A stretch of DNA of 64,000 nucleotides, taken from assembly GCF_006345805.1 (NCBI RefSeq), contig NC_043004.1, positions 31,372,001 to 31,436,000 of the forward strand. Reading direction: 5' to 3'. This document shows positions 25,660 through 37,885 of the stretch, piece after piece. The DNA is from Octopus sinensis (Eukaryota). Made by a program: the position numbers and the translations under genes. How positions within the stretch are numbered: position 1 is the first letter of the stretch; each line of letters begins with the position of its first letter. The notes under the pieces are model-generated. The model searched no databases. It was not told the DNA's origin and was given only the letters and a program-made list of their open reading frames with translations.

Positions 25660-26320
25660 ACCAAGATATATGAAATCATCAACTTGATTGATGGATCCTT
25701 ATTGATTGTGAACAATGAATTTGGTTTTACTAGAATTAAGTAATCCAACATCATGTGTAGTTAATTCTAGGCTATGGAGTAATTGAGTGGCGTTTGCTAT
25801 TGTGTCAAAGGCCAAGGCTAACTCGTCAGCATAGTCTACATCCATTATTTTTTGAGCTGGTTGACTGATCAATCCTCTCTTCACAAGTGTCAAGTGATAT
25901 TCTGAGACATAATCCAGAGTAATCACAGAGATTTGGTGGCATTATAAGAGCATCATAATTGATGTTGGAATCCAAGCTAAATGGAACTTACACCTGAATA
26001 TTGAGAGCAGGCTTAAATATATCTTGGAGAACTTGTCCCAAGCTGTATGGTGATCTCCTGTCTGTTTCCACCATTATAAGGAAAATGCACTTGCTTTTTG
26101 TGGGATGTTGCTAGTGAGCTAAACAAGAGCTGGCAAGTGACCTACTGCTGTGGATGCCAAAGCATGACCATACTAGAACAGGTTGTCCAAACATATGTAG
26201 ATCAACTCCCCAGAGACATTGGATGCCTCCCTGAAGATTTCCCTCAAGTAATATCGGACAGAGATAAATGGCGTGCGTGAGTTAAAAATGTTTGAGCAGA
26301 CTCAACCAGATGGTAGTGAC
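25660..26320. mobile_element. RTE/RTE-X-like LINE fragment with inverted 5' part
   Basis: Minus 25699-25926 encodes DVDYADELAL...LNSSKTKFI (RT core). Plus ~25990-26280 encodes LRAGLNISW...LLLWMPKH...TYVDQL...DRDKWR (C-terminus). Confidence 0.75.
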
Positions 26321-27349
26321 TGGATGGTTTTAACATGGCACCAGCAGCAGTGAGGTGACCATGTAACTTGCAAGACAAGATCCTTCAACTGAGCTGAGGA
26401 GTAGTATTGAGGGAGGTAGCTGTGTGCTAGGTGTTAGTGTATGAATAGAGTAACAGAAATAAGTACCTTGCAGCAGAGAAGGTAGATACATGGCTCTGTC
26501 AGAGAGAAGAGAGATAAGATGGTGAAGATGTAATGGGGCATACACTGTAAGTTACAAAGAAGTGTTTATAGTGAAGCAGACAAGGGATTGGATAGGGTAA
26601 GTGGGTGGGTGGGTGAGGTTGTGAAAGAAGAATGGGAGATGCAGGGGAGAGGAATGTAGTGAATGGGTACAAGGGATGTTAGGAGGATATGTTGTGGGGA
26701 AAAGACCTGGCATGGACATATTGTGTTCAGGTAGGTTCACAAAGGAGTATGGAAGATAGAGGGGAGGTGGAGGTATTGGGAAGATGGGATGTTGGGGAGA
26801 AGTTTGTCAGGAGCAGATTGTATGCAGGGGCCATGGTCATAAAAAGCATAACATTTTGGCCTTAATTTTACTTAGGTAGACATTAAGTAAATGATAATGT
26901 AAATATTTAATATATATTCATCCTTATTTAATGTCTGTATGCCATCCTAGTGTGGTTTGTATGGTTCAACAGGATCTAATGAGCCAGAAGACAGTGTTGA
27001 GCTCCAGCGTCAGCTTTGGCGTAGTCTGTATGGCTGAATGCCCTTCTCAATGCCAACCAATTTACACAATGTACTGGGTGCTATTTTTCATGGCACTGGC
27101 ACTAGTGACCTCATCGAGTAACTTTTAAGACACAACCCTGCAACTGAGTTGGAATGTAGTAGTGAAGGGACTAGTATTGTACTAGGTATTGAGAGCTGAA
27201 GTATAATATGGAGAAAAGAACAGATGTTTCACTATGGAGGAGATACGTGACCATCCCTGCTGGAAAGGGAGAAAGGATGGTGGAAATGAGGTGTTCAGGT
27301 ATAACCTCAAAGTACATGAAGGTGGGTATAAGAGAAAATAAAGATAGCA

Positions 27350-27740
27350 CAGGAGTGGCTGTGTGATAGGTAGCTTGCTTACTAACCTCATGGTTCCGGG
27401 TTCAGTCCCACTGCGTGACACCTTGGGCAAGTGTCTTCTACTATCGCCTCAGACCGACCAAAGCTTTGTGAGTGGATTTGGTAGACGGAAACTGAAAGAA
27501 GCCCATCGTATATATGTATATGTACATTTTTATGTTTGTGTGTCTGTGTTTTTCCCCCGCCCAATATCACTTGACAACTGATGCTGGTGTGTTTACGTCT
27601 CCGTAACTTAGCAGTTCGGCAAAAGAGTCTGATAGAATAAGTACTAAGCTTACAAAGAGGAAGTCCTGGGGTCGATTTGCTCGACTAAAGGCAGTGCTCC
27701 AGCATGGCCGCAGTCAAATGACTGAAACAAGTAAAAGAAA
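27350..27740 (+). mobile_element. Full-length SINE family A
   Basis: tRNA-like head (GGAGTGGCTGTGTG...GGTTCCGGGTTCAGTCCC), CCTTGGGCAAGTGTC core, 3' GCAGTGCTCCAGCATGGCCGCAGTCAAATGACTGAAACAAGTAAAAGA; close copy at 39493-39853. Confidence 0.88.
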
Positions 27741-28166
27741 TAGGATTAAGGATGAGTGGATAGATCTGTAAATATTTAACTCTTTGTCATTCAGATTACT
27801 TTGTCAAATGTATTACTAATGTATTCACATTTTATAAAATTAACCCTGTATTACCTCATAGCTTTGAGAATTCAAATATGTGATTGTTTATTTTTAAAAT
27901 GACATTACAGGGTAAGTGTGAGAGGTTGGATCTGGCCAGTTTGAACATCAAACAGGCAGGATATTTGGGCCAGATATGGTTGGTTTAAATACTAAACGGT
28001 TAATATATGATGATGGAAATATTTTCATGCATAACCTGGAAGCATTTAGTGTTCTCGTGTTTGCTACCAGCACAGAACTGGTGCTGCTTTGTTTTCTCTT
28101 TTAATTTCAAATGTTCAGTTCACATAAAATAATTGCTATAATCAGAAATTTGATTTATTCCTCTAG

Positions 28167-28253
28167 ATATCTGATGCCTCAACACTCAGTTGGTCGACAA
28201 GGATTAAAGGTTTTGCAATATGCTTTCTTTTGGGTATTGGATTTTCTGTACTT
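28167..28253 (+). CDS. SFT2D2: SFT2 exon (87 nt): ISDASTLSWSTRIKGFAICFLLGIGFSVL
   Basis: CCTCTAG acceptor, GTGAGT donor; LSWSTRIKGF family motif. Confidence 0.96.
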
Positions 28254-28569
28254 GTGAGTATTGTTATTATTATTATCATCATCATCATCATTTTTATTAT
28301 GGTAAACCAGCAGAAGTGATAACATGTCAGAAAAAAATGTTTAGTGATATTTCTTCAAGTTATATACATTCTCAGTTCAAACACAGCTGAGGTCAACTTT
28401 ATCTTTCAACCTTTTATGACCAATAAAATACAATACCAGTCAAGTACTATGGTTGTTGGTATTAACAACCCTGCTCTTAAAATTGTTGACCATGTTCCAA
28501 AGTTAGAAAAACTTACTGTTTCATTACAAAAATACATAATTTATTTAAAAAACCTTTGTGTTATTTAGT

Positions 28570-29450
28570 TACAGCAGGAAGGTCAGTGCATACGAGAGGT
28601 AGTCACCATGACCTTCTTTTTGAAGAGCTCGGGTTTAGGGAAGGTTTGCAGTGCTTCATTTTGGTTCAACAATTGTGAAGAACGTTTTTTATTATTGTAA
28701 AGAATCCACTTTTCATCACAAGTTTACAATACTGTCAAGAAATGGATCGGTCTAGTTATGGAGAAGAAGCGATAAACAAATTTCATATCTGCACATTTTT
28801 TGATTTTCATTCAAATTGTGTGATACTGATTTCTCGAGCTTTTTTGATTTTCCGATCACATGCAAATGGTTGCAGGCAGTTTTCTGGTTAACTTGAAGTT
28901 CTTTTGCCAGTTCTCGAGTGGTTTTACATAGATCTTTCTCAATTACAGTTTTTAATTGACCATTATCGATGACAGATGGGCATCCACTATGCTCACAAAC
29001 ATCAAGGCTCAGGTCTCCACTACAAAACTGTTTCAGACATTTTCAAGCTGACCACTCACTGGTCATTTCCTCATCAAACATTTCGTTGATATCTCGAGCA
29101 GTTGCAGCTGCTTTACATCCTTTTGTGAAGTTGAATAGCAAAATTACTCGAATATCGCGCTTTGACAGTTCCATTTCAGATTATTGTAGCAATAGTGAAA
29201 ATAATATCAATGTTCATTTATTGATGCATTTGGGCAAGTTTATATCTGTATTATCAGACAATTACAAAAAAATTCTAAAACTCTGCAAAAATCCGGTACA
29301 AATTCTTCATGGTTCAAAACATTGCTTACTTTTTACTCATCGTGATAGAATTCAATATTTGTTTATTCTGGAAGTATTTATCACACAATTGTGAGCATTT
29401 CTTACTGCTGACAGTAACCAACTAAAGTTGTTCAAGTGCAATAATATTTG
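28570..29450 (-). mobile_element. Decayed mariner element, N-terminal part of the transposase (ATG at 29174)
   Basis: Minus: MELSKRDIRVILLFNFTKGCKAAATARDINEMF...SGDLSLD..EHSGCPSVIDNGQLKTVIEKDLCKTTRELAKELQV, with stops. Confidence 0.85.
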
Positions 29451-31792
29451 AACTGTTGGCCCACGTGCAATCTCATAACTATCTGTTTCTCTGGTTAAAC
29501 AACAGGTTTATATATATATATATAAACCAGTGAGTAAATCTCTACATAGTCTTTCAATTTGCTCTAAATCACTTCCAAATTTCATTCAACAAACTCATAG
29601 CAATCTTCATAAAACAAGGAGGCTGCCAATCTGCACTATCCAGGTTGTTGTCACCGGACTGTTTTTAAACATTCTGCCAGCTACTGTTCTGTCATAGGAG
29701 GTATTCAAGCAGAACCAACTGAAGCTATTCAACCACAACAACAACAACAACAACAAACGTCATAAATATTTATGATACTCTGCCAATCTACTGATTGAGT
29801 TGGATAATATATCTTTTGAATTTTTAATGCTTTAGGTGTATAAAAATACCATGAAGAGGGAAAAAATTCCTAATTATAAAACAGTGTGTGAGTGAATTCT
29901 TGTGTGTAAATAAACCTTTAAAATATTAAGATAATTTTGGCATGTATCTCATGTTTGACCACTAAAAACTGTATCAGGCATTTTAAAAACTAGTCTGAAT
30001 GTAAAACATAGTTAACACAATGTATAATTTGGTTATCACCACATATCTTCAAACTATACACAAGTTATGAGAAAGTGCATTATTTGTTTTTTTACATGCT
30101 CATGTGCATGACTTATAACATTGTTGAATACCAGTGATTTTCTTCTGCTGGCACTACCATATCTCATTCTCAAAAATCCTCCACAAAATTCTTGGCAAAG
30201 AATTTTCCTTATAAAACTGAACCTTTCTGGGACTTCCTTGTTTGCTTTTGTTTTCTTTGCAAACATCAATTCACTGAAAGTCAAGTTAAATATCAGCTTC
30301 AATGACCCCACCATTCTGAGAAGACCTACAAGGGCCATGGGTAACGCCTCGAATGGTTCTCTCTTTCTCTCCCTATCCCTTTCACACACAATCAGGAATT
30401 GATTCATAGTCCTAAACTGAACGAATCTGTGAAAAGTTAACTTTGGTAGATCATTTTTATCATTACAAATCTTTAGTATATATATATATGAGGTTTTTGA
30501 CTGCGTCATCACAAACTATAACTATTTCATCTTTTATTTTAGACCACATCAGACATGTTTGTTAACTGTTAAACAATACATTTCAGTTTTCCTTATGAAA
30601 ATTAAATTCTGTGCTTCATGTATTATTTGTTTTTTTAACATTATACTTTTTTTATTATTAAATCTTTTGTGGGTACTTTTGTTATTATTTAATCTAAGAA
30701 GGTAAGGCAGTATCCATAGCTTTTGCCAGAGCAACAAGTCCACAGTTAATGTATGTTTAAAGCTCTAAAATGTACAAAGTTAAGAAAACATAAACTGGGA
30801 GGGAATTCCAAGGGTTATAGTGCTGGTAAAGAGGTGATTAGGGGCCATGGGGTGGTGAGTTATAATGGCTGAATGAATTAGGGGTCAGCCACACTGCTAA
30901 TGACGTGTAAGTAGACTAAGAAAAGCTCTAAACATTCTCTGCTCCCATTGGCTGGCAACAGGGCAGATACTGAATTAGGAATTGATGGGAGTTTTGGGTT
31001 TTGTATAATATGGAGACCAGTTATTCTAGTACAAAAATAGAATGAAGTATTATTTTGGTCTACTTGTGGGCATCCTGCTGATTTTCTACATTAAACTTAT
31101 GGAAACTTTGTTGAACATGTCATAGATATTTTGTGTAAGGACCAATATTGAGTCATAAATGACTCCTGGTAAACCATCTCATTCAAGGATCCGTATTGAG
31201 TCAAAGATGAAATCCTGATAAACAACTAGATCGGTGTTTCTTAGCCATTTTTGTGCCATACTCCACTTTGATTGTGTGTACTCCACCATGAATGGACAAA
31301 GTATGTAGTTTAAGTATTTGAAAGAAGTTTTAATGAAAACTTTATTGCTATTCCATTCACTTGTTACTTACGTTCCATTCTGAAGTAATCTACACATCCT
31401 CTTAAATATTACCATATCTCACTTTGAGAAACACTGCACTAGGGAAAGGATATAGATTTTCATGGTGAAAATGCCCTGAAGTAGGTTACTAAAGCCTGTG
31501 TATTGGCCTATAAACAAACTTCAACTCAGCATCAAACCAATGAAACTCGACTTAAAATAATAAGCTGAACATACTCATGGTACCTGTTTATCACATGGGA
31601 ATGGGCCAGCAAGAGTTAAGTGTTTGTGATATGACCCACAAATCCTTCAACTGGTAAGTGTGACATACTATTTATTCAACCCTGTACTGCCCCATATATT
31701 ATTATAATAGTAAGAAATGTTTAAGGAAGAGAATGTTTGATATTTTTTATAGTTGAATGTTTTTCTTTTTTGTTTTTGTTTTTTTCATCTAG

Positions 31793-31878
31793 GGCTCAGC
31801 TTTATTGTTTATAGCCAAGAAAGGACTGGTTTTATTTGCTGTCTTCTATACATTGGGAAACATTCTTTCCCTATCAAG
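31793..31878 (+). CDS. SFT2D2: SFT2 exon (86 nt): GSALLFIAKKGLVLFAVFYTLGNILSLS(S)
   Basis: Long polypyrimidine tract plus CTAG acceptor; GTTTGC donor; FAVFYTLGN motif. Confidence 0.95.
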
Positions 31879-32144
31879 GTTTGCTGGATAAATTTACAAT
31901 TCTCATCTTATCAATGTCCAAAACACATGAATTAAATTTATCGTTTAAATTGAAGTATTTATCATTCATTTGTCATGAAATTATATTGGAACAGTATGAT
32001 AATATTCTCTGTGAGTTGAAATGGTTCCAAAGACATGTTTCTAAGTTGGGCCATTTCACTTCATATGTCATAATGACAGTACTCAGAGGAAAGCCAGTGT
32101 TTTGCTGTTTTCATTAGTTACTCAGTAACCCACTAAAATGGACA

Positions 32145-32430
32145 CAGGTATGGTTGAGTAGTTAAGAAGTTTGCTTTGCAATCTTAAGGTCCCAGGTTCA
32201 GTGTCACTGCATGGATCTTGGACAAGTGTCTTTTGCTAAAACCTTGAGTTAAATTAGAAAATGGAAACTGTAGATGGATTGTATCTAATTCAAAGGCTCA
32301 GCTTTGTCCTACATTGTGTCATACTGATCTCACCTGAGAATTATGTTGTGTATACATATCTGTGGAATGCTCAATCACTTAAATGTCAATTCAACAAATA
32401 AGTAGTCCAGTTGATCAGACAACTGGATAC
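32145..32430 (+). mobile_element. Old SINE: family-A-like head joined to the 3' domain shared with 3403 and 8752
   Basis: tRNA-like head, then TCAAAGGCTCAGCTTTGTC...CTGAGAATTATGTT...TCTGTGGAATGCTCAATCACTT. Confidence 0.6.
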
Positions 32431-33039
32431 TCTTTTTTAAAACTAACAGAATATCCATCAAAATTCATGAAGCATAAAACAGTTTCAATTTAAAATTTTA
32501 TACATAATGATACAGAAGGTAAGTATATCTATATATGGAACTAAAGCTCTAAGCAAGTTCTTGGATCAGTCTAAAATAAGAGGAATTTTTTTTTTAATTC
32601 AAGTATTGCGTTTATCATGCAGTTTGGATACTATCTTTATTGAAAGTTCACAATTCTCTTCCTTTTTCTCTATCTCTCTCTCTCATGGGTATAGGATTCC
32701 TATAATCCTAGACTATAACTCTGCAATCAGTTTATGGGTAGGGTTAGCATCAACACTACTTACAATAGTGAATTGTCATTACTTGATATTTATAGTTTTG
32801 AAAATTGGTCCAATAGCAGTCGGTGTACCTTGGACGTTAAACTTACTGGACAGAATCTACGGTTGAGCTAGTATACTTGGATATTTAGACCATCATCTTT
32901 CTCTAACACACTTTCACTTTCGTCTAAGCACCTTGATGACAATATATCTGGGCATAAAAATGTTTATCTTACACTTTCAGCCCTGTCTGTAACAGCTCTC
33001 TCTAGTTGCAGTGTCAAAGGATGGTCATAGTTTATCACA

Positions 33040-33600
33040 TTAACCCAAACTACTGTAAAAACTGTATCACCCACCAAGCAGAAACCTTCATCATGCCAAG
33101 TTCATTGCACAGAATATTCTCAGCTCTGTCACAAGATATGCTAATAGCATTGGCTATTTGATTTATTGTCAATCGCCTGTCATCCAGCAGCACGTGATGA
33201 ACACAAACAATGTTTTCCTCAGTTGCAGGACATTCAGACCTTGCATCATCTTCAAGACTCTCCATTACCCTCTTAAATTCAGCTGCTCACTTTTTGTGGT
33301 TGATAATGCTGGAGTGTCATCCCCTAATGTAGGAACCATGTCAGCCTGACTGTCTTGGGGTATAAACTCCAATGACATTCTGCAGTATTTGATAACACCA
33401 CAATGCCAAATTTTGTCAATTTTCAAGAGAAGTCACTTAAGTTACTTTTGAAGTGTTCTCTGAACAGTCAGATGTCAGTTTACCTGGAAAAAACAATGCA
33501 GTTATTAATAAGAAGAGTTGAAATTATTGCATGCAAGATTTCACAACTCCAGCCTCACTCCTACATAGTCAGCCTATGAACTTTTTAACCCACCCTTGTA
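33040..33600 (-). mobile_element. Truncated mariner element (irritans-like) with one TIR
   Basis: Minus ORF: SLEDDARS..EENIVCVHHVLLDDRRLTINQIANAISIS...ELGMMKVSAWWV. Terminus TACAAGGGTGGGTTAAAAAGTTCATAGGC at 33600. Confidence 0.85.
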
Positions 33601-34187
33601 GAATAAATACATTTGCCCAAAGTGTTATACATTGGAAGTGAAACTGAAATCATATGCTTGGGAAACAAACTTTTTAACCACACAGCTATGTCTATGCAAA
33701 AAAAAAAAAATTCATATGCTGATATATTTATTTACACATTCTCTCTCTCATCTCTCTTTCACAATGGAAAACTAAAATTTAAATTGTGTGTAAATGTAGG
33801 GTTAATTATTAATATTAGCAGGAAATATTACAGTTACTGTCACACTTTATTCATTTGTTCACCAAATCAAAATGTTGACACTGGACTGCTGGAGGTCATT
33901 TGGACAACATCTGATGACTGATGAGAAAAGAAAAATATTTAGTGGAGAATGGAACAGGACATTTCTAGAACAATGTGTTGAATGTTTTTATCATGTCGTT
34001 TAGAATAGAAAATACCTCCCCATTCATTGTCTGTCTCTCCTACACACACAACAACAATAAACCTCTAAAGAATGCTGGATATAATTAAACTTCTTGCATT
34101 TATAACAACATTCATATCATAGAGATTTACATTGTGAAAAATTCTATGTGTTCTCTCTCTCTCTCTCTGTATATTTGTGTGTATGTA

Positions 34188-35436
34188 TAGGATCATCAAA
34201 AAAGGTTTCTGTGATTTTAGTTGTCAATTGCACTAGCTATAAGCAAGCGATCTGTATGACATCAACGTGGGACTGTATAACAGTTGTAGGAGTTTTGATA
34301 TTTGCCATTGCATTGTCCTTGAAATCACTATTTCACAAGCAAGCCTCTGGCCAATCACTGCATGGCAATCATGGTGACTGTACAGCAGAAAGCACAGTGT
34401 GTATTGTGGCAAGCTGAGTTTAAGTCAGTTGTTTTAGTGCAACGTCGTTTTCGGCATACATATGGACAAGATCTACCTACAGACAAAACCATTGTTTGAT
34501 GGTTTAACCAATTTAAAGAAACTGAAAATGTAAACATTAAGAAATCTCCAGGCCAGCCACACACGTGGAGCATTTGAGATTGTCATGTTTGCGTAGTCCT
34601 TAAGAAGTCCATCGCTCGATGCAGTTTGGAACTTGATATGCCTAAAATAATAATTCAAATTGTGCTACATAAGCGCCTAAGACTGCATGCTTACAAAATT
34701 CAAATGAGGCATAAAATTAAGGAGACAGATAAGCCTAAACACATTGAATTTGCTGTAACAGTGCTCAGAGAAATTAATGATGGTGATAGTTATCTTAACA
34801 GAATTTTATTTAGGCATTTTCCAGTATATCCTTGATTCATCAAAGGTTGATGTATGGTGGGGAGTCCTGCATGACTGTGTTGTCAGCCCTTTCATGTTTA
34901 CAGAAAACATGATTACGGGTGCTAGTTACTTGGACATGCTAGAAATATTCCCTCAAGTTGCAGACATTGAAAGAGAAAAGGGAATAAGTGTAATTTTCCA
35001 TCAAGACAGAGCACCAGCTCACTACAGCCATAATGTAGGACAAGCTCTTAATAACAGATTCCCTGGCCGTTGTTGGATTGAAAGGAATGGTCCTGTTTGT
35101 GGCCACCCTGATCTAACTCCTATGGACTCTTTCTTTTGAGGTTATCTGAAGAACATTGTCTAGGCAGAAAAAATCCGGGATCTGCGACATTTAAGAGAGA
35201 GCATCCACACAGCGATAGCGACCGTGAATCCTGAAATAAATCAGCGCACCTGGTGGGAGGTCAACTATTGCTCAGATGTTTGCCATGCATCAAAGGGAGC
35301 TCATATCAAAACCTACTAAGTGACGGAAGAAAAATTCAAGATTTTCTGTGTTTTGGTATATAAATAAATAGTATGCCTTTAATACAGACTTAGTTATTTC
35401 ATTTTGAAATCATGGAAACCTTTCTCGATGACCCTG
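34188..35436 (+). mobile_element. Near full-length decayed Tc1/mariner element (DUF4817-type N-terminus) with both TIRs and TA TSDs
   Basis: Left TA|TAGGATCATCAAAAAAGGTTTCTGTGATTT; right AAATCATGGAAACCTTTCTCGATGACCCTG|TA. Frames give MVTVQQKAQCVLW..EFKSVVLVQRRF, HAYKIQ, FHQDRAPAHY, PDLTPMDSFF*GYLK and KGAHIKTY*. Confidence 0.92.
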
Positions 35437-35695
35437 TATAGTGCATATATGTGTGTATATGATATAATATATACATATTTATATATTATGTGGTAATGCT
35501 TCAACAAGTGGAAAAGCACTTGACCAGCTAAGACAGTAAAGATAATCTTATTTTTGAAAAAAAAACCACAAATATTATTTCAAACAGGAAACCCTGGGTA
35601 GCTGTATTTATAATTTATTTTGCATTTATCAAGCTGAAAACAAGACTGCTTTTTAAGTTTTTTTAAGAGATACAGTTTTTCAAGAGAACACATTG

Positions 35696-35765
35696 AACAT
35701 TTTCTGGACCTGTTAATATAGGGTTTGGATATGGAGACCCTACATTAACAGGTCCAGAAAATGTT
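35696..35765. other. 70-nt near-perfect hairpin (pre-miRNA-like geometry)
   Basis: Perfect 22-bp AACATTTTCTGGACCTGTTAAT/ATTAACAGGTCCAGAAAATGTT, one mismatch, 8 more bp, 8-nt loop. Confidence 0.8.
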
Positions 35766-36402
35766 AACGAATACATAAATTTGAGGAATGAGGTTTTTTT
35801 CTGTATTACCGCATTTCAAGAAATACATCTTGTCGTAATTTAAAAGTAGACCACCGGACACTTGGTAAGCCAGGTTTACCTCTGCTTCACATCTAATTAT
35901 TGTAACATTGGTTATCTCCCTTGTGTTTTTCTTCTTTACAAGCATCTCTTGTTTATGTTATCTGCTCAAAAGACAACTGACAAACGGTCTTATATTCAGT
36001 TTGATAAATGGCGGAATAAATTATTATTTCAGCCAGAAAAACCCTGGGTGGCTGTATTTACCAGATTTGTAGTTTTTTTATTATAAGATTATTTATATAT
36101 ACTACTAATATAGGATGAAGTTTTTTTCTCTGCAGAAAAGAATTCCATCAAGAAATGTGGCAGCATATTTAAAATACCTTTACAGTTAAAATTATAAACA
36201 ACTTATAAGTAAGGGCTAGAGAAAATTATTTCAAAGCCAATATGCTGATTTTCCACATATAATCTACTCGCCAAGGAAAAAATTGAACTGAAGTCGGGCA
36301 AGCCGACTGTTAGAATATTTAAAATTCGTTATCTCTATATTGAATCAATTTCGGAAAGTTGTATATATATATATACACACACACATATATACACACATAT
36401 AT

Positions 36403-36960
36403 AAGAGAAATTACAGAAGGAACACATCTAGGCAACCCATACAAATTCCAAAGCATAATTTAAAGCACGCCAAGAAATAAATATACATATAAATTTATGT
36501 AAATAAATTAATAAAATTCCATGATAATTGATAGAGTAATCTATCAAATTAATCATGTAGATTGATAGATTAACCTATCAAATTATTATCATATAGGATT
36601 TCATCATGAAGGAAACCATCCTGTTGAGGAGGACATTATGTTTTTGTATATAGAACATCTAAAATGCCATTTATACATTTAATGTACCCCTGAAATGGCT
36701 GTAGATGATATCCTTTAACCACAAAGTTGTATATTTATTTACCTCTGAATTTTTCTTCGATTTTTATCTCTATATTTGTCCCTTCTCCATTCGGTATGTG
36801 AACCCAATGTACATGGTGCATAGTTTTCACTTATAACTTTTACATGTAATTTTATTCATTTATTTATATAAATTCATATGTATATTTCTTTGTGTGCTTT
36901 AAATTATGCTTTGGAATTTGTATTGGCTGCCTAGATGTGTTCCTTCTATATATTTCTCTT
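36403..36960. repeat. Inverted repeat (~120 bp arms, 36403-36523 and 36843-36960), probably PLE-derived
   Basis: Arms are reverse complements at roughly 85-90% identity; adjacent to a PLE terminal repeat at 37060-37262. Confidence 0.8.
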
Positions 36961-37059
36961 ACCCTTCGATTTAGCTCACAATGAGCACTTCTTAATACAG
37001 TCCATATATTGTGAAGTATATTTAAAAACCTACTTTATAAGAAAATTTAATTTCAATGT

Positions 37060-37262
37060 GACCTCATGTGTACCGTTGGCAATTTCTTTTCCTCTGTCTT
37101 CCCTTCTCTGGATCTTTCCTTCTATGTTTCCGACAAAGAGCTCTGCTCGAAACGTTAAACCCTCCTTGTTTCCTTCTTTCCTGAGCGTCCAATAATACTA
37201 TATTTGTTCCACGTCCTCGCGTTGTTGTGTTTTTTTGTGCTTTCTTGTTTGGATTAACTTTA
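37060..37262 (+). mobile_element. Penelope-like terminal repeat with a decayed hammerhead; same family as 41855-42045
   Basis: High similarity to 41855-42045, including GTTTCCGAC(A/G)AAGAGCTC(T/C)GCT(C/T)GAAACGTTAAAC. Confidence 0.75.
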
Positions 37263-37352
37263 TGTGTATATATATATATATAGGATAATGTTGTCTCAAT
37301 TTTTCTCTGCTTTAGAATATTTCTTTAATAATAATTTTTTGTTTATTTCCAG

Positions 37353-37434
37353 TACTTGTTTTTTGATGGGACCAATGAATCAACTGAAGAAGATGTTTGC
37401 TAAAACTCGTATAATTGCAACAATTGTAGTATTA
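37353..37434 (+). CDS. SFT2D2: SFT2 exon (82 nt): TCFLMGPMNQLKKMFAKTRIIATIVVL
   Basis: TTTCCAG acceptor, GTAAGT donor; FLMGP.QLK.MF..TR.IAT family motif. Confidence 0.97.
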
Positions 37435-37552
37435 GTAAGTATTAACAAAGCTTTTTTTTTTTTTTTTTGCCGAAGCGTTTACAACATCATCAACAACCAC
37501 AACATTTGTTTTTACTTCCAGTGAATAAAGTGGAACAAATAAATAGCTATCA

Positions 37553-37885
37553 TCATCATCGTTTAACATCCGTTTTCCATGCTAGCATGGGTTGGACAGT
37601 TCAACTGGGGTCTGGGAAGCCAGAAGGCTGCACCAGGCCCAGTCTGATCTGGCAGTGTTTCTACGGCTGGATGCCCTTCCTAACGCCAACTACTCCGTGA
37701 GTGTAGTGGGTGCTTTTTACGTGCCACCGGCACAGGTGCCAGACGAGGCTGGCAAATGGCCACAATCGGATGGTGCTTTTTGCGTGCCACCGGCACACGG
37801 GCCAGACAAGGCTGGCAACGGCCACAATCGGATGGTGCATTTTACGTGCCACCAGCACAGAGGCCAGACGGGGCGGCGCTGGCAT
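37553..37885 (-). mobile_element. RTE 3'-tail-derived short element with an internal ~62-bp tandem repeat
   Basis: CATCATCATCGTTTAACATCCGTTTTCCATGCTAGCATGGG tail; GTGCCACC anchors at 37721, 37784 and 37846. Confidence 0.8.

Noticed and set aside
30054-30512. 152-aa minus-strand ORF in an SFT2 intron
   Set aside because: No recognisable domain; includes a GA-rich simple repeat; probably decayed retroelement sequence.
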